A stretch of DNA of 64,000 bases from Desulfurococcaceae archaeon (GCA_038816475.1 JAWBAI010000001.1:1-64000), one strand, 5' to 3'. Counted from the first letter of the stretch, positions 1 through 9,663 are shown. Numbers and translations are program-made. The notes: generated from the letters alone by a model not told the origin.

Positions 1-1
1 G

Positions 2-325
2 TTTTATGTTCATCCTCAGTACCAGGAGCATTTCGGTATAGCAGTTGTTGAGGCTATGTCGGCTGGAGCTGTTCCAATAGTGTACAGGGATGGTGGTGCA
101 TGGGTGGACGTTGTCTCGAATATTAGTCACGAGCTCGGCTACACGGAGCTAGACGAGGTTCCAGCTATCATTAGGAAGCTGGAGAGCGATCACAGCAAGA
201 TGACGGCGCTCAGAGAAGAAGCGATAAAGAAGAGCCTGGAGTTCAGACGAGAAGTGTTTCAAGAGAAGTTCCTACGCATCCTCAAAGAACTAGAACATGT
301 TCACCGAGTTAACACAGACGTTTAA
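2..325 (+). CDS. Glycosyltransferase family 4 (GT-B), C-terminal part, truncated by window start
   Basis: The frame is open from base 2 and reads FYVHPQYQEHFGIAVVEAMSAGAVPIV, the E-x7-E motif of GT4 enzymes. Confidence 0.85.
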   Translation, partial: FYVHPQYQEHFGIAVVEAMSAGAVPIVYRDGGAWVDVVSNISHELGYTELDEVPAIIRKLESDHSKMTALREEAIKKSLEFRREVFQEKFLRILKELEHVHRVNTDV

Positions 326-2667
326 GTGTCTTTCTGAGCTGTTACAAACATCAATGATGCAGCTACTATTTGTCCGAATGCTAATCCTCCATCGTTCGGT
401 GGTATTCTGCGTGGTAGATGCGGCTTGAACCCTTCCTCGGCTAACGTATCGCTTAGTCCATTGTAGATGAACTCGTTAACAGCAGCACCACCCGATACTA
501 CTACTCCTTCTACTCTTGTTCCACGCGTGGTTTTAATCACGAGTTCTCCGATCGCTCTGCCAAGCCAGTAGAGGAAGCTTCTTGCTAGATCCCCGGTGGA
601 TTGTTTACCTCTGAGCTCAACTACGCGGTCTACCATTCCATCGTAGTCTACTCTGAGAACACCGTTTTCCACTACGAACTTGTAGTTGTCTAGCTCAAGG
701 AGACTACCGTTCCACGCTTGTGCTTCAAGCCATATTGCTGGTTCACCCTCATAGGATCTTTCGATCCGCGGTTCCAGTATCGAGGCAACCATGTCTAGTA
801 GTCTACCGGTGCTTGAAGCCGGTGTATACTTACCACTTCTGGTTAAAACGTAGGGTGCTACCAGGTCCATTTTACTTGGATTAGAGGCATCCTTTAGTCT
901 CAGTAACCTTGTGATCTCATCTAGTTCAAAACCTCTCTTAGCATAGTAAGCTATGGCAATTCTAATGGGCTTAAGGGTGTCAGTGTCGCTGGTTACTGGG
1001 AGTTGCTTTAGTGATGCAACACGGTTAAACCCGTAGACCTCGGTGTTGAACACTAGTACTTCTCCACCCCAGATTGTTCCATCGAGACCCCAGCCTACAC
1101 CGTCTAGAGCTACACCAGCTATTTCACCGGAGAACTCGTTGTCGTAAGCTGCACCAAGGACGTGGGCGTAGTGGTGTTGAACTTCAACCAAGGGGTAACC
1201 TTTCTTTCTGGCGTACTCTAACCCTATTCTCCTAGCGTAAAGTCTTGGATGCGCATCAACAACCACGATAGGTTTGCTTCTCGAGCCGATCCTGTAGGTT
1301 GAAGCGAGGAAATCGACGTACTTCAGCAGTTCCCTCTGAGCACTGAAGCTATCAAGGTCTCCTACGAACTGCGTGAGAACAACTTTGTTACGAAAACCAA
1401 TAGCACCAGCTGAGGATATATCACCTCCAAACGCTATGTACTCACCTCCGAGGTCTCTCGGTATTGTAATCCACTCTGGTGCATAACCCCTGCTTCTCCT
1501 GAGCAGTACGTATTTTCCACCGGTTTTTCTAATAACACTGTCGTCCACTCTGTTCACGATATCTCTATCGTGAACGAGGAAGTAGTCCACTACGCCGGAA
1601 AGCTTGGTCTTAGCGCACTCTTCATCAGTGCACATTGGTTCACCAGACACATTACCACTAGTCATAACGAGGAACCGATCACGGGTTTCCATGAGTAGCA
1701 GGTAGTGTAGTGGAGTGTATGCTATGAATACACCTTCGTGTGAAAGACCAGGTGAAACATACTTGGAAACAGGGCTGTCGGGCTTCTTGGGTAAGAGCAG
1801 TATGGGTGCTTGAGGTGATCCAAGCACAAGTTCATCCTCTCTGGTGATATAGACAAGTTTTCTCAAGACGTCAACGTTTAATCCCATAACAGCGAAGGGT
1901 TTTCTAGGTCTTTTCTTTCTTCTCCTGAGCTCTAGTACAACGTCATCGTCTGTAGCCAGGGTTGCTATGTGGTATCCTCCAACCCCCTTGATCCCAACGA
2001 TGCACCCTTCCTCGATGAGTTTGGCAGCCTCCTTGATCGGATCTTTGCACTCGACAACCTCGAAGTTTCTGTTGTAGAGCACCAGCCTGGGACCATCCTC
2101 TGGGCAACTAATACCCTGAGCATGGTATCTTCGGAGGTTTTCAGGGTTCTCGTACTCCTGCAGGCACCTGCTACACAGCTTGTACTTGAACATCGCAGTG
2201 TTCTCGCGGTCATAGGGTACTCTGTACATCATCGAGAACCGTGGTCCACACCATGCGCACGAGTTGAAGGGATACCTGTATCTCCTATCACTCGGATCTA
2301 GTACTTCTCTGAGGCAGTTCGAGCACACGGCGAAATCCGGGGGTATCATCGACTCGGTGTAGTAATCGTAGTTGCTCTTCTCTATCGCGAAGGAAGTATA
2401 GCCTCTCGGTTTTTCGAAGCATGCATAAACACTATCAATGCTTGCTGGTGGAGGCTTCTCGTAGTAGAGTGCAACAAGAAACTCTTCAACCTGGTTCCAG
2501 GGTCCCTCAATCCAAACCTCTACTTCGCTACCACCAATGTTGCGTATGTATCCTCGTAGACCAAGCTTAAGCGCTAGTCTACTAATAAACGGGCGAAAGC
2601 CAACTCCCTGAACAAGACCACTTATAATAAGGTGTACAGCTACGCTATCAACGGTATCAGCGTTCAT
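322..2667 (-). CDS. hypF: Carbamoyltransferase HypF ([NiFe]-hydrogenase maturation)
   Basis: Acylphosphatase domain (GLVQGVGFRPF), two zinc fingers (CxxC...YPFNSCAWCGPRF), YrdC domain (KGVGGYH) and Kae1 domain (QHHYAH, LDGVGWG, NDGGLAFGQ). Confidence 0.97.
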   Translation of the reverse strand: MNADTVDSVAVHLIISGLVQGVGFRPFISRLALKLGLRGYIRNIGGSEVEVWIEGPWNQVEEFLVALYYEKPPPASIDSVYACFEKPRGYTSFAIEKSNYDYYTESMIPPDFAVCSNCLREVLDPSDRRYRYPFNSCAWCGPRFSMMYRVPYDRENTAMFKYKLCSRCLQEYENPENLRRYHAQGISCPEDGPRLVLYNRNFEVVECKDPIKEAAKLIEEGCIVGIKGVGGYHIATLATDDDVVLELRRRKKRPRKPFAVMGLNVDVLRKLVYITREDELVLGSPQAPILLLPKKPDSPVSKYVSPGLSHEGVFIAYTPLHYLLLMETRDRFLVMTSGNVSGEPMCTDEECAKTKLSGVVDYFLVHDRDIVNRVDDSVIRKTGGKYVLLRRSRGYAPEWITIPRDLGGEYIAFGGDISSAGAIGFRNKVVLTQFVGDLDSFSAQRELLKYVDFLASTYRIGSRSKPIVVVDAHPRLYARRIGLEYARKKGYPLVEVQHHYAHVLGAAYDNEFSGEIAGVALDGVGWGLDGTIWGGEVLVFNTEVYGFNRVASLKQLPVTSDTDTLKPIRIAIAYYAKRGFELDEITRLLRLKDASNPSKMDLVAPYVLTRSGKYTPASSTGRLLDMVASILEPRIERSYEGEPAIWLEAQAWNGSLLELDNYKFVVENGVLRVDYDGMVDRVVELRGKQSTGDLARSFLYWLGRAIGELVIKTTRGTRVEGVVVSGGAAVNEFIYNGLSDTLAEEGFKPHLPRRIPPNDGGLAFGQIVAASLMFVTAQKDT

Positions 2668-2681
2668 TGCAGCTGACTCGC

Positions 2682-3398
2682 CTACTCTAGCCGGCTTCTA
2701 CTCAGCCGAGGTACGCGCTTACCATCGCCTATAATCCAGTAGTCTCCATTACTACGCTTCTCCAGCTTGAACACGGGAACCTCGCTCTTGACCCTCTCAA
2801 CAATCTCCTCTACTGCTTTCATGGATTTCCTCCTGGAGTCGGCAACGGAAGCTACAATGAGGGTTATATCTCCCAGCTTTGCTCTTCCAACTCTGTGCCA
2901 AATAGCAACAGCTCTTAAACTGTGCTTCTCTGCTTCCTCCCTTGCAATTCTCTCCATTGATAGTAGAGCGGCATCTTCCACAGCCGTGTACTCGAGCTCT
3001 TGAACTATGTTTCCATCAACAACACCTTTCACGAAACCAATGAAAACGGAGAGAGCACCAGACCTTGGATCAACCTTTCTAAGCTCTTCAAACAGCTCGT
3101 TAAGATCCACTCGTTCATTCTCGCGAATAAACCTTACGCTGATCTTCACGCTTTCTTCACTGGAACCACCCGAGAATGGTGGTGTTATGTGAACCACCGT
3201 GTTTTCTCTCAAAACGTATTTCCCCTCTACGATAGTACCGTTCACTATGACTATGGGCTGCACGTTCTCTGGCATCTTGTACTTTTCTTTCAGAATCCTT
3301 AGTAGCTCTTCAACAGTGATTTCGTCGTCGAACTCAAGAACTACTTCCTCGCCAATGTAGTCTTTGAACAGAGAGTATGCTTTAACTACCACCTTCAA
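2682..3398 (-). CDS. moaDE: Molybdopterin synthase, MoaD(ubiquitin-like)-MoaE fusion
   Basis: A ThiS/MoaD domain ending PPFSGG is followed by MoaE motifs (GALSVFIGFVK, LEYTA, HRVG, VKSEVPVFKLE). Start placed at TTG 3398 after GGAG rather than the track start at 3473, which lies deep inside moaC. Confidence 0.9.
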   Translation of the reverse strand: MKVVVKAYSLFKDYIGEEVVLEFDDEITVEELLRILKEKYKMPENVQPIVIVNGTIVEGKYVLRENTVVHITPPFSGGSSEESVKISVRFIRENERVDLNELFEELRKVDPRSGALSVFIGFVKGVVDGNIVQELEYTAVEDAALLSMERIAREEAEKHSLRAVAIWHRVGRAKLGDITLIVASVADSRRKSMKAVEEIVERVKSEVPVFKLEKRSNGDYWIIGDGKRVPRLSRSRLE

Positions 3399-3858
3399 CT
3401 TCTTTACTCCCCTTAATCTTCTCGAGGACCTTGATCTCGGTAATAGCTGTATAAGGGTACTGCCCTTTTTCATCCTTCTCGTACTTCTTAACCATGTCCC
3501 AGATGTTCAACAAAGCGATGGCAACACCAACAAGAGCCTCCATTTCTACACCGGTTTTAGCAGTTGTTTTAACTGTTACGTAAACTCTAACACCCTCGTT
3601 CTCCACGACTTCAAACTTTACGTCAACACCTGTTATCGGTATATTGTGTGTAAGCGGTAGCAAGTGCGGAGTACTCTTAACAGCGTTTATAGCAGCTACC
3701 GTTGATACAGCTATCACGTCACCCTTCTCAACCAGGTTCTTCTTTATGAGCTCCACGGTTGTAGGCTTAAGCTTTATGAAACCCGTAGCCCGGGCTTCCC
3801 TGTACACTTCATCCTTGGTTGTTACATCCACCATTTTAACCCGATCCAAGACAACCAC
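3382..3858 (-). CDS. moaC: Cyclic pyranopterin monophosphate synthase MoaC
   Basis: MVDVTTK, KGDV, LLPLTHNIP, KTGVEMEAL and WDMVK motifs. Confidence 0.97.
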   Translation of the reverse strand: MVVLDRVKMVDVTTKDEVYREARATGFIKLKPTTVELIKKNLVEKGDVIAVSTVAAINAVKSTPHLLPLTHNIPITGVDVKFEVVENEGVRVYVTVKTTAKTGVEMEALVGVAIALLNIWDMVKKYEKDEKGQYPYTAITEIKVLEKIKGSKEVEGGS

Positions 3859-3861
3859 CTT

Positions 3862-4797
3862 CTAGGTGAAGTATGGTTTTCTAAGGTTAACAGCTTTCTT
3901 GAACAACTCTGCGAGCTCACTTCTGTCTCTGCGCTTCACAGCATCAACTACACACACTACTGGGTTATCAACGTACAAGCATGTCTTGAAGCAACCGTCG
4001 GGTGTAAGTCTTAGCCTAGTGCAAGCGCTACACAGGTACTTGTTTTGAAAGCCAACAACGATCTCCACTTTTACACCACCCGGTAGAATGTAGACCGGTC
4101 TGTTCTGGAAACCTCTGCGTTGCTTCTCAACGCTAAGCTTCTCCAGGTAGTCTAGAACCGACGATACGGGAACATGCTCTCTCAGGTAAACATCACGTGG
4201 AACTCCAATCGGTTCAAGCTCTATTATATTAATGCTTAACCCTCTTAGCATAGCATACTCCAGTACACGGGGTAGTTCTTCAACGTTGGATCTAAGCAGT
4301 AGGAAATTCAACTTAACTTTTAAACCATGCTTTAGAGCTTCGTCTACACCTGCGAGAACCCTGCTGAGCAACTTTGAACCACCGGTAACGTACTCGTACG
4401 TTTCGCTCTTAATTGCGTGAAGACTTACGTTCAACCTACCAAGCCCAGCTTCTGCGAGAAGCTTAGCTTTCTCGAGAAGCAGGGATCCGTTGGTAACTAA
4501 TGATACCTCCTCGGCGTACTTTTTCAAGCCAGCAACGATCTCGTGAATATCCCGTCTCAGAAGTGGTTCTCCACCCGTCAACTTGTAGTACCTTACATTA
4601 AACTCGCTTAGAACTTCTGCAATAAACTCGTAGTCGCCTGGATCTAGTAGATCCCGCTCACCATTAGTGGAGTGTAAACCTTCAGCGTGGCAAAAGATAC
4701 ACCTGTAGTTGCACTGGTACGTAACACTAACTCTTAGACTATCCACGGGTCTTCCATAGCTATCTACTAGAGGACCGTGGAAAGTACTACTACGCAT
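3862..4797 (-). CDS. moaA: GTP 3',8-cyclase MoaA (radical SAM)
   Basis: DSYGRP, CNYRCIFC, LTGGEPLLR and the C-terminal CSACTRLRLTPDG..KTCL cluster. Confidence 0.96.
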   Translation of the reverse strand: MRSSTFHGPLVDSYGRPVDSLRVSVTYQCNYRCIFCHAEGLHSTNGERDLLDPGDYEFIAEVLSEFNVRYYKLTGGEPLLRRDIHEIVAGLKKYAEEVSLVTNGSLLLEKAKLLAEAGLGRLNVSLHAIKSETYEYVTGGSKLLSRVLAGVDEALKHGLKVKLNFLLLRSNVEELPRVLEYAMLRGLSINIIELEPIGVPRDVYLREHVPVSSVLDYLEKLSVEKQRRGFQNRPVYILPGGVKVEIVVGFQNKYLCSACTRLRLTPDGCFKTCLYVDNPVVCVVDAVKRRDRSELAELFKKAVNLRKPYFT

Positions 4798-4873
4798 ACA
4801 GGGTCCCAGGATATTCTAGCTCCTAGTTTACCCTGACCCTAGTTCCTCACTAGGGTTTTAATCGTACTCAGCC

Positions 4874-4883
4874 TTTATATTAA
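4874..4883. promoter_or_regulatory. Candidate TATA box (TTTATATTAA) between divergent moaA and DUF89 genes
   Basis: AT-only decamer that reads as a TATA box on either strand, about 25-30 nt from plausible transcription starts. Confidence 0.55.
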
Positions 4884-4911
4884 CACGGTCAACGAAGTAA
4901 CGCGAGTAAGA

Positions 4912-5817
4912 TTGATCGCCATGAAGCCCGAGTTCGAGTGTCTTAGGTGTATTCTCACGACGAGGCTTAGAGAGCTTGAGAACACACGTGTAGATACCAA
5001 TAGGAAGCTTATAGTAGCATGGAAGCTCCTGGGGTATATAGCTAGAGAGTTTAGTTTAACATCCGAGCTCACGATTATAGCGTCTAACAGCTTCAACCTA
5101 GTTGTTAACGAAGTACCTGAGGTATCAGAGTACTACTCGCGCATTAAAAAAGCATGCAATGAGAGCGCTCTGAAGAACATTCCTGTTCACGAGAAGTATG
5201 TTGAAGAGCTCTCGGGGTTCGAGAGGTTCGAATATCTTGTTAAGCTATCAGCGATTGGAAATCTGATAGACTACGGTGTAGCCGATCACGAAGCAGTAAA
5301 ACCCGAATTCGTGAACCCGGGTTTTGTAACAGCTGTGAACTACTGCGTGAGCCACACCGAGAAGTTCTACCATGCTGTGAAGAACGGTGGTAAAAGAGTA
5401 CTATGGTTGTTCGACAACAACGGCGAAGCGGTATACGATATACTTCTAGTGAAGGAGATCAAGAGAATGGGCAATGTAGTTTGGGGTCTTGTGAAGAACG
5501 ATCCCGGGTTTCAGAACGATGTAACAGTTAGAGATGCCGTTGAACTTGGGTTAACCAGGTTCCTGGATAACCTAGTGGCTTATGGATGCAGTTGCTCAAC
5601 AATACACTTAGATAGGATCAGTCAGGACGCAAAACATTTGCTTAACGAAGCTGATCTCGTGGTTGCGAAGGGCATGAGTCACTACGAGTACCTGTCGGAG
5701 ACGGATTTGGGTAAACCTATAGTATTCATACTGGTACCCAAGTGTAGACCAGTTGCGAGAAAGATCGGAAACGAGAAATGTCAGGGCGGTGTTGTTGTCT
5801 ACTTCAAGGATGAGTAA
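4912..5817 (+). CDS. ARMT1/DUF89 family damage-control phosphatase
   Basis: N-terminal ECLRC, GNLIDYG, LFDNNGE, NDVT and AKGMSHYE motifs. Confidence 0.9.
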   Translation: MIAMKPEFECLRCILTTRLRELENTRVDTNRKLIVAWKLLGYIAREFSLTSELTIIASNSFNLVVNEVPEVSEYYSRIKKACNESALKNIPVHEKYVEELSGFERFEYLVKLSAIGNLIDYGVADHEAVKPEFVNPGFVTAVNYCVSHTEKFYHAVKNGGKRVLWLFDNNGEAVYDILLVKEIKRMGNVVWGLVKNDPGFQNDVTVRDAVELGLTRFLDNLVAYGCSCSTIHLDRISQDAKHLLNEADLVVAKGMSHYEYLSETDLGKPIVFILVPKCRPVARKIGNEKCQGGVVVYFKDE

Positions 5818-6202
5818 TCGCTCGAGGTGCCCTCTGCTTGTTATCCATGAAAATCGGGGTAAACTTAAAGCTAGAACTGCTAAAGTTAAAGATGTCTGCG
5901 CAGCTGTCTATGTCCTAGTGCAGCTAATTCCAGCCGGGTTCGTGTCAAGCTATGGTGATATCGCAAAAGTCCTTGGGATATCACCGAGACTAGTTGCTTG
6001 GTGCTTATCGAGAAACAAGAACCTGGTTGTAGTCCCCTGCCACAGAATTGTGCACTCTAATGGTGAGCTAGGAGGATACTCTGGTCCAGGAGTAGAATTC
6101 AAGAGGAAGCTCCTAGAATTGGAAGGCGTTAGTTTGTGTGGTAACAGAGTGTCCAGAGGCTCCTTCGTCAGCTTACACCGGCTTCTATGTGCTTGCATCT
6201 AA
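5810..6202 (+). CDS. ogt: O6-methylguanine-DNA methyltransferase (DNA-binding/active-site domain)
   Basis: IPAGFVSSYGDIA, active-site VPCHRIV, GGYS and KRKLLELEG motifs. ATG at 5810 is coupled to the upstream stop. Confidence 0.9.
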   Translation: MSNRSRCPLLVIHENRGKLKARTAKVKDVCAAVYVLVQLIPAGFVSSYGDIAKVLGISPRLVAWCLSRNKNLVVVPCHRIVHSNGELGGYSGPGVEFKRKLLELEGVSLCGNRVSRGSFVSLHRLLCACI

Positions 6203-6548
6203 TGATCTTCTCTGTCGCGAACGCCTGGAGTATTGCTTCAAGAACTCTGCTATTGCCATGTATCATGTTGCAGACATAGCACTTATCGAAGGGAGAACCT
6301 TTAGCCAGCTGATTAGCCAGCGCATCGAGCATTTCCCTGAACTCTTTCGTGTTCTCCACGATACTCATGTACCTGGGTTTACGGGTTCCCTTAACAAAGT
6401 AGTTTACAGCCGATTGCTTAACACCAAGGATTTTCGACACTCTGAACTGGGAAAGCCCGTGCTTTAGCACGAGTTCTCTCGAAAGGTAGGCTCTTATCGC
6501 TGGTAACATGTACTTAGCGTATATCTCGCAGTAGGTTTTCGCAGGCAC
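6168..6548 (-). CDS. HTH transcriptional regulator with Cys/His tail (XRE/ThiR-N-like)
   Basis: YCE...LPAIRAYLSRELV..GLSQFRVSKILGVKQSAVNYF helix-turn-helix and a CxxCxxxH motif. Confidence 0.8.
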   Translation of the reverse strand: MPAKTYCEIYAKYMLPAIRAYLSRELVLKHGLSQFRVSKILGVKQSAVNYFVKGTRKPRYMSIVENTKEFREMLDALANQLAKGSPFDKCYVCNMIHGNSRVLEAILQAFATEKIIRCKHIEAGVS

Positions 6549-6629
6549 GTTTTCACCCTTAGTCCCATTTATAACTTGGTTATACTTCCATATATAACCT
6601 CAGCTACGGAGATTAACATCTTCTGGTGG

Positions 6630-7145
6630 GTGATATACACGAGTGCATCTAAGCTCTGTTTTCAAGTAGTGGTTGTAAGCGACAGAGTTTACGAGGGTTT
6701 AGAGAGAGACGTTAGCGGTGAATTAGCTTTAGCACTCCTGGTGAACAAGGGATACTGTGTAGAACCGAAGATCACAATTAGGAACTTGCACAGGGATATT
6801 CTGAAGGCTCTGAGAACAAGCAGAGCCAGAGTAGTACTCCTACTAGGTGGCACAGGCCCCAGTCCACGGGATATAACAGTTGATATCGTTGAAAGCGTTG
6901 CGTGGAGGTGTCTGCCTGGATTTGGAGAACACTTCAGGAGAGTATCCTATGAGCAGATTGGTGTACCTGCACTACTCACGAGAGCATCACTCTGCATACT
7001 ACACGATGGAAAAATAGCTGTTGTCTTGCCGGGTTCTCCCAATGCTGTTTCTATAGGCATAGACATATTGTCTCAACTTGTGGAGCACCTGGTGGAAGAG
7101 GTTGATCGATTTGAAACCCCTCATCGAACACCGGGACGAGAGTAG
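6630..7145 (+). CDS. moaB: Molybdopterin adenylyltransferase MoaB/MogA family
   Basis: VVVVSD, DVSG, GGTGPSPRDIT, LPGFGE.FR and VLPGSP motifs. Start uncertain (GTG 6630 or ACG 6639). Confidence 0.9.
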   Translation: MIYTSASKLCFQVVVVSDRVYEGLERDVSGELALALLVNKGYCVEPKITIRNLHRDILKALRTSRARVVLLLGGTGPSPRDITVDIVESVAWRCLPGFGEHFRRVSYEQIGVPALLTRASLCILHDGKIAVVLPGSPNAVSIGIDILSQLVEHLVEEVDRFETPHRTPGRE

Positions 7146-7845
7146 ATGCGTTCTTGGCTTCGACATATGGGGAACACTACTAGATCTCGACGAAGTTCTC
7201 AAATCCATAGCAAAAAGTATTGCGCGCAAGATCGGAGTAAGCGAGCATGTTTCGGAGCAAATGATATACGAAGTACACAGAGCAGCGAGAAACATCAGAA
7301 GAAGAAATCCCGATGTAAAACCCTCGGAACTACTGCAGGTATCGCAGAAGCTTGCCTCCGAGAAGTTCGGAGTTTCAACGGAGACGCTACTAGGTACTAT
7401 CGCAGAAGTCTTCGAAAACCCAGCACCCTCGGTACTTTTCAAGGACACACTACCTGCCCTTGAAGCTCTCCACGAGAAAGGTGTTGCAATGGGGCTTATC
7501 GGCAATGTTCTCTTCTGGCCTAGTAGTTTAACGAGAAAACTCCTCGAGAGCTATAACCTGGTAAAGTACATGAAGATATTAGTGTTCTCGGACGAGATTG
7601 AAGTCTCTAAACCCGATCGCAAGATATTCCTGTTCTTCGCTGAGAAGATGGGTACTTCTCCAGAGAACGTGATCTACGTAGGAGATAACATCATAGAAGA
7701 CGTTGGAGGAGCACTAGCCTCAGGCTTCATAGGCATACTCATAGACAGGAAAAGCAATAGAAACCTCTACGTTCCTGAGCTTCGAGCTGGAGTAATACGC
7801 AGTTTAGAGGATCTTCCGAGCGTATATGAGGAGATCTGCGGATAA
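7111..7845 (+). CDS. HAD-superfamily hydrolase
   Basis: FDIWGTLLD motif I, SKPD and YVGDNIIEDVGGA motif IV. TTG 7111 follows a GAGGTTGA Shine-Dalgarno-like sequence. Confidence 0.9.
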   Translation: MKPLIEHRDESRCVLGFDIWGTLLDLDEVLKSIAKSIARKIGVSEHVSEQMIYEVHRAARNIRRRNPDVKPSELLQVSQKLASEKFGVSTETLLGTIAEVFENPAPSVLFKDTLPALEALHEKGVAMGLIGNVLFWPSSLTRKLLESYNLVKYMKILVFSDEIEVSKPDRKIFLFFAEKMGTSPENVIYVGDNIIEDVGGALASGFIGILIDRKSNRNLYVPELRAGVIRSLEDLPSVYEEICG

Positions 7846-7862
7846 TTCCACGCTGAAGAGGG

Positions 7863-9068
7863 GTGTTCACGGTGGTAAAAGTTGTTGGCATAGACCCGGG
7901 ATCCAAAAGCATGGATGTATGTATGCTCTGCGATGGAAAAGTATGCTACGAAAAGAGCTATGAAACCGCAGAGGTTGCTAGAAACCCCGAGTTGCTTGTC
8001 AGAGAAGTGCAAAGCCTTGGTAGCGTAGATCTCATAGCACTTCCCTCCGGCTACGGTGTAGAAGTAACCAGGATCAGCGATATTCCAGAGGACCTCTTCG
8101 AAGAGTGGTACTACTTGTTCATACTTGTAACTAGGAAAAAGGATATACTTGAAGCTATAGAGAATGGTATCGTTGGTGCTAGGGTCTACTACGCAATGGC
8201 CGAGTTCGCGAAGGCTATTCGCAGGATGAACGTACCTGGAGTGTTCATCCCAGGTATTATCAACTTACCCACAGTACCAGTATTCAGGAAGATCAACAAG
8301 ATAGACATAGGAACAGCTGACAAGTTATCAGTAGCTGTTCTAGGCATACACGAAGTTGCAGAAAAGTATGGTAGAGACTACAACGAGGTGAACTACATTC
8401 ATCTCGAAGTAGGATTCGGGTACGCAGCTGCTATAGCAGTTAGCAAAGGGAAAATAGTTGATGCGTACGGAGGAACCACGATGCCTGGACCAGCGTTCTT
8501 GACGACGGGCTCCCTGGATCTAGAAGTAGCTCAAGTGCTGGAAAGATTCAGTAAGAAAGATGTTTTCACAACCGGGTGTTCTCAGCTAGCCGAGGTACAC
8601 GATGTAGACAAGTGGATTGAGGAATATGACGAGAAGGCTGGTATATGCTTTGAAGCGTTCTTAGAAGCCTTAGTTAAGGCAACATACTCTCTCACTCATG
8701 TGGTCAAGTCTCCTCTGGTGATACTGCTATCCGGTAGACTAGCTAGGAGCAAAAAGCTCCTTGAACACATCGATGAAAAGCTCGGAGACATAGCTTCTGT
8801 CGAAAGAATGCGAGGTCTTCCTGGGGCTGTATTAACGAAGGAAACAGCGCAGGGTTACGCTGTAGTTGCAGATGGGCTGAGCGGTGGAGTTTTTAAGCAA
8901 CTGGTACAACATGTTGAGATACCACGTGCAGCGGGGTCCTCCCTGGATTACATCTTGATAAAGGAGTTCTTTGAAACAACAATTGGTAAGAGCTTCGTAA
9001 AGCTTAGATCTCTGCTAAAATCACCGACTTTTAACCTCCGGTGGTGGGGTATTGAAACTTCTGGTTAG
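7863..9068 (+). CDS. DUF1464 family protein (ASKHA/butyrate kinase-like fold)
   Basis: VVGIDPGSKSMD, PSGYG, KINKIDIGTADK, EVGFGY and KETAQG motifs. Confidence 0.85.
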   Translation: MFTVVKVVGIDPGSKSMDVCMLCDGKVCYEKSYETAEVARNPELLVREVQSLGSVDLIALPSGYGVEVTRISDIPEDLFEEWYYLFILVTRKKDILEAIENGIVGARVYYAMAEFAKAIRRMNVPGVFIPGIINLPTVPVFRKINKIDIGTADKLSVAVLGIHEVAEKYGRDYNEVNYIHLEVGFGYAAAIAVSKGKIVDAYGGTTMPGPAFLTTGSLDLEVAQVLERFSKKDVFTTGCSQLAEVHDVDKWIEEYDEKAGICFEAFLEALVKATYSLTHVVKSPLVILLSGRLARSKKLLEHIDEKLGDIASVERMRGLPGAVLTKETAQGYAVVADGLSGGVFKQLVQHVEIPRAAGSSLDYILIKEFFETTIGKSFVKLRSLLKSPTFNLRWWGIETSG

Positions 9069-9663
9069 AAACGGTATCTTGTACGAGTCTATACTGGCAA
9101 CTTACTGCAATGGAAAAACCTACGCTGCCCCGGTAGGTTTCATCAAAAACGAGAACCTCATTGAGATCAAGGTTTACAAGGGCACAAGGCTCCACGAGGT
9201 GATCTCGAAGTGCCTCAAAGTTACACTGAACTTTACTCACGACCCCGAACTCTTCGTTAAACTAGCATTCAAAGAAGAATTCGCTGTGGACGACAGTGAA
9301 ATGAACGAGTTGTTTACCGTTGTGAACGATTTACCTAGATTAAGGAGGTGCATTGGTTACATTGTTGCTGAAAAAGTAAGCATTCGTCAGCTAGATGAAT
9401 ACGACGTTGTGCAATTCAGAGAGGTAGAATGCAGGGTCTGTGAAAACCCTGTTATTGAACCCTTTACCAGGTGCTATGCTCAGCTGATTGAAGCAGCCAT
9501 TCACTCGTCCAGAGTAAAGTTCCTTGAGGAACGTGAAGCTAAACTAAGAAGCTTAAAGAAGCTTAGTGATTTAGCCGAAGTTATAAGAAAAACCTGCAAC
9601 ACAGAGTACAAAGAGTTAATGAAAAAACTCGAGGTGTTAACGAGACAATGGTTAGAAAACTAG
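9052..9663 (+). CDS. DUF447 family protein (flavin-binding split barrel-like)
   Basis: YESILAT..YAAPVG, KVYKGTR, LNFTHDP and R....LIEAAIHSSR motifs. Adjacent to RFAP synthase. Confidence 0.8.
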   Translation: MKLLVRNGILYESILATYCNGKTYAAPVGFIKNENLIEIKVYKGTRLHEVISKCLKVTLNFTHDPELFVKLAFKEEFAVDDSEMNELFTVVNDLPRLRRCIGYIVAEKVSIRQLDEYDVVQFREVECRVCENPVIEPFTRCYAQLIEAAIHSSRVKFLEEREAKLRSLKKLSDLAEVIRKTCNTEYKELMKKLEVLTRQWLEN

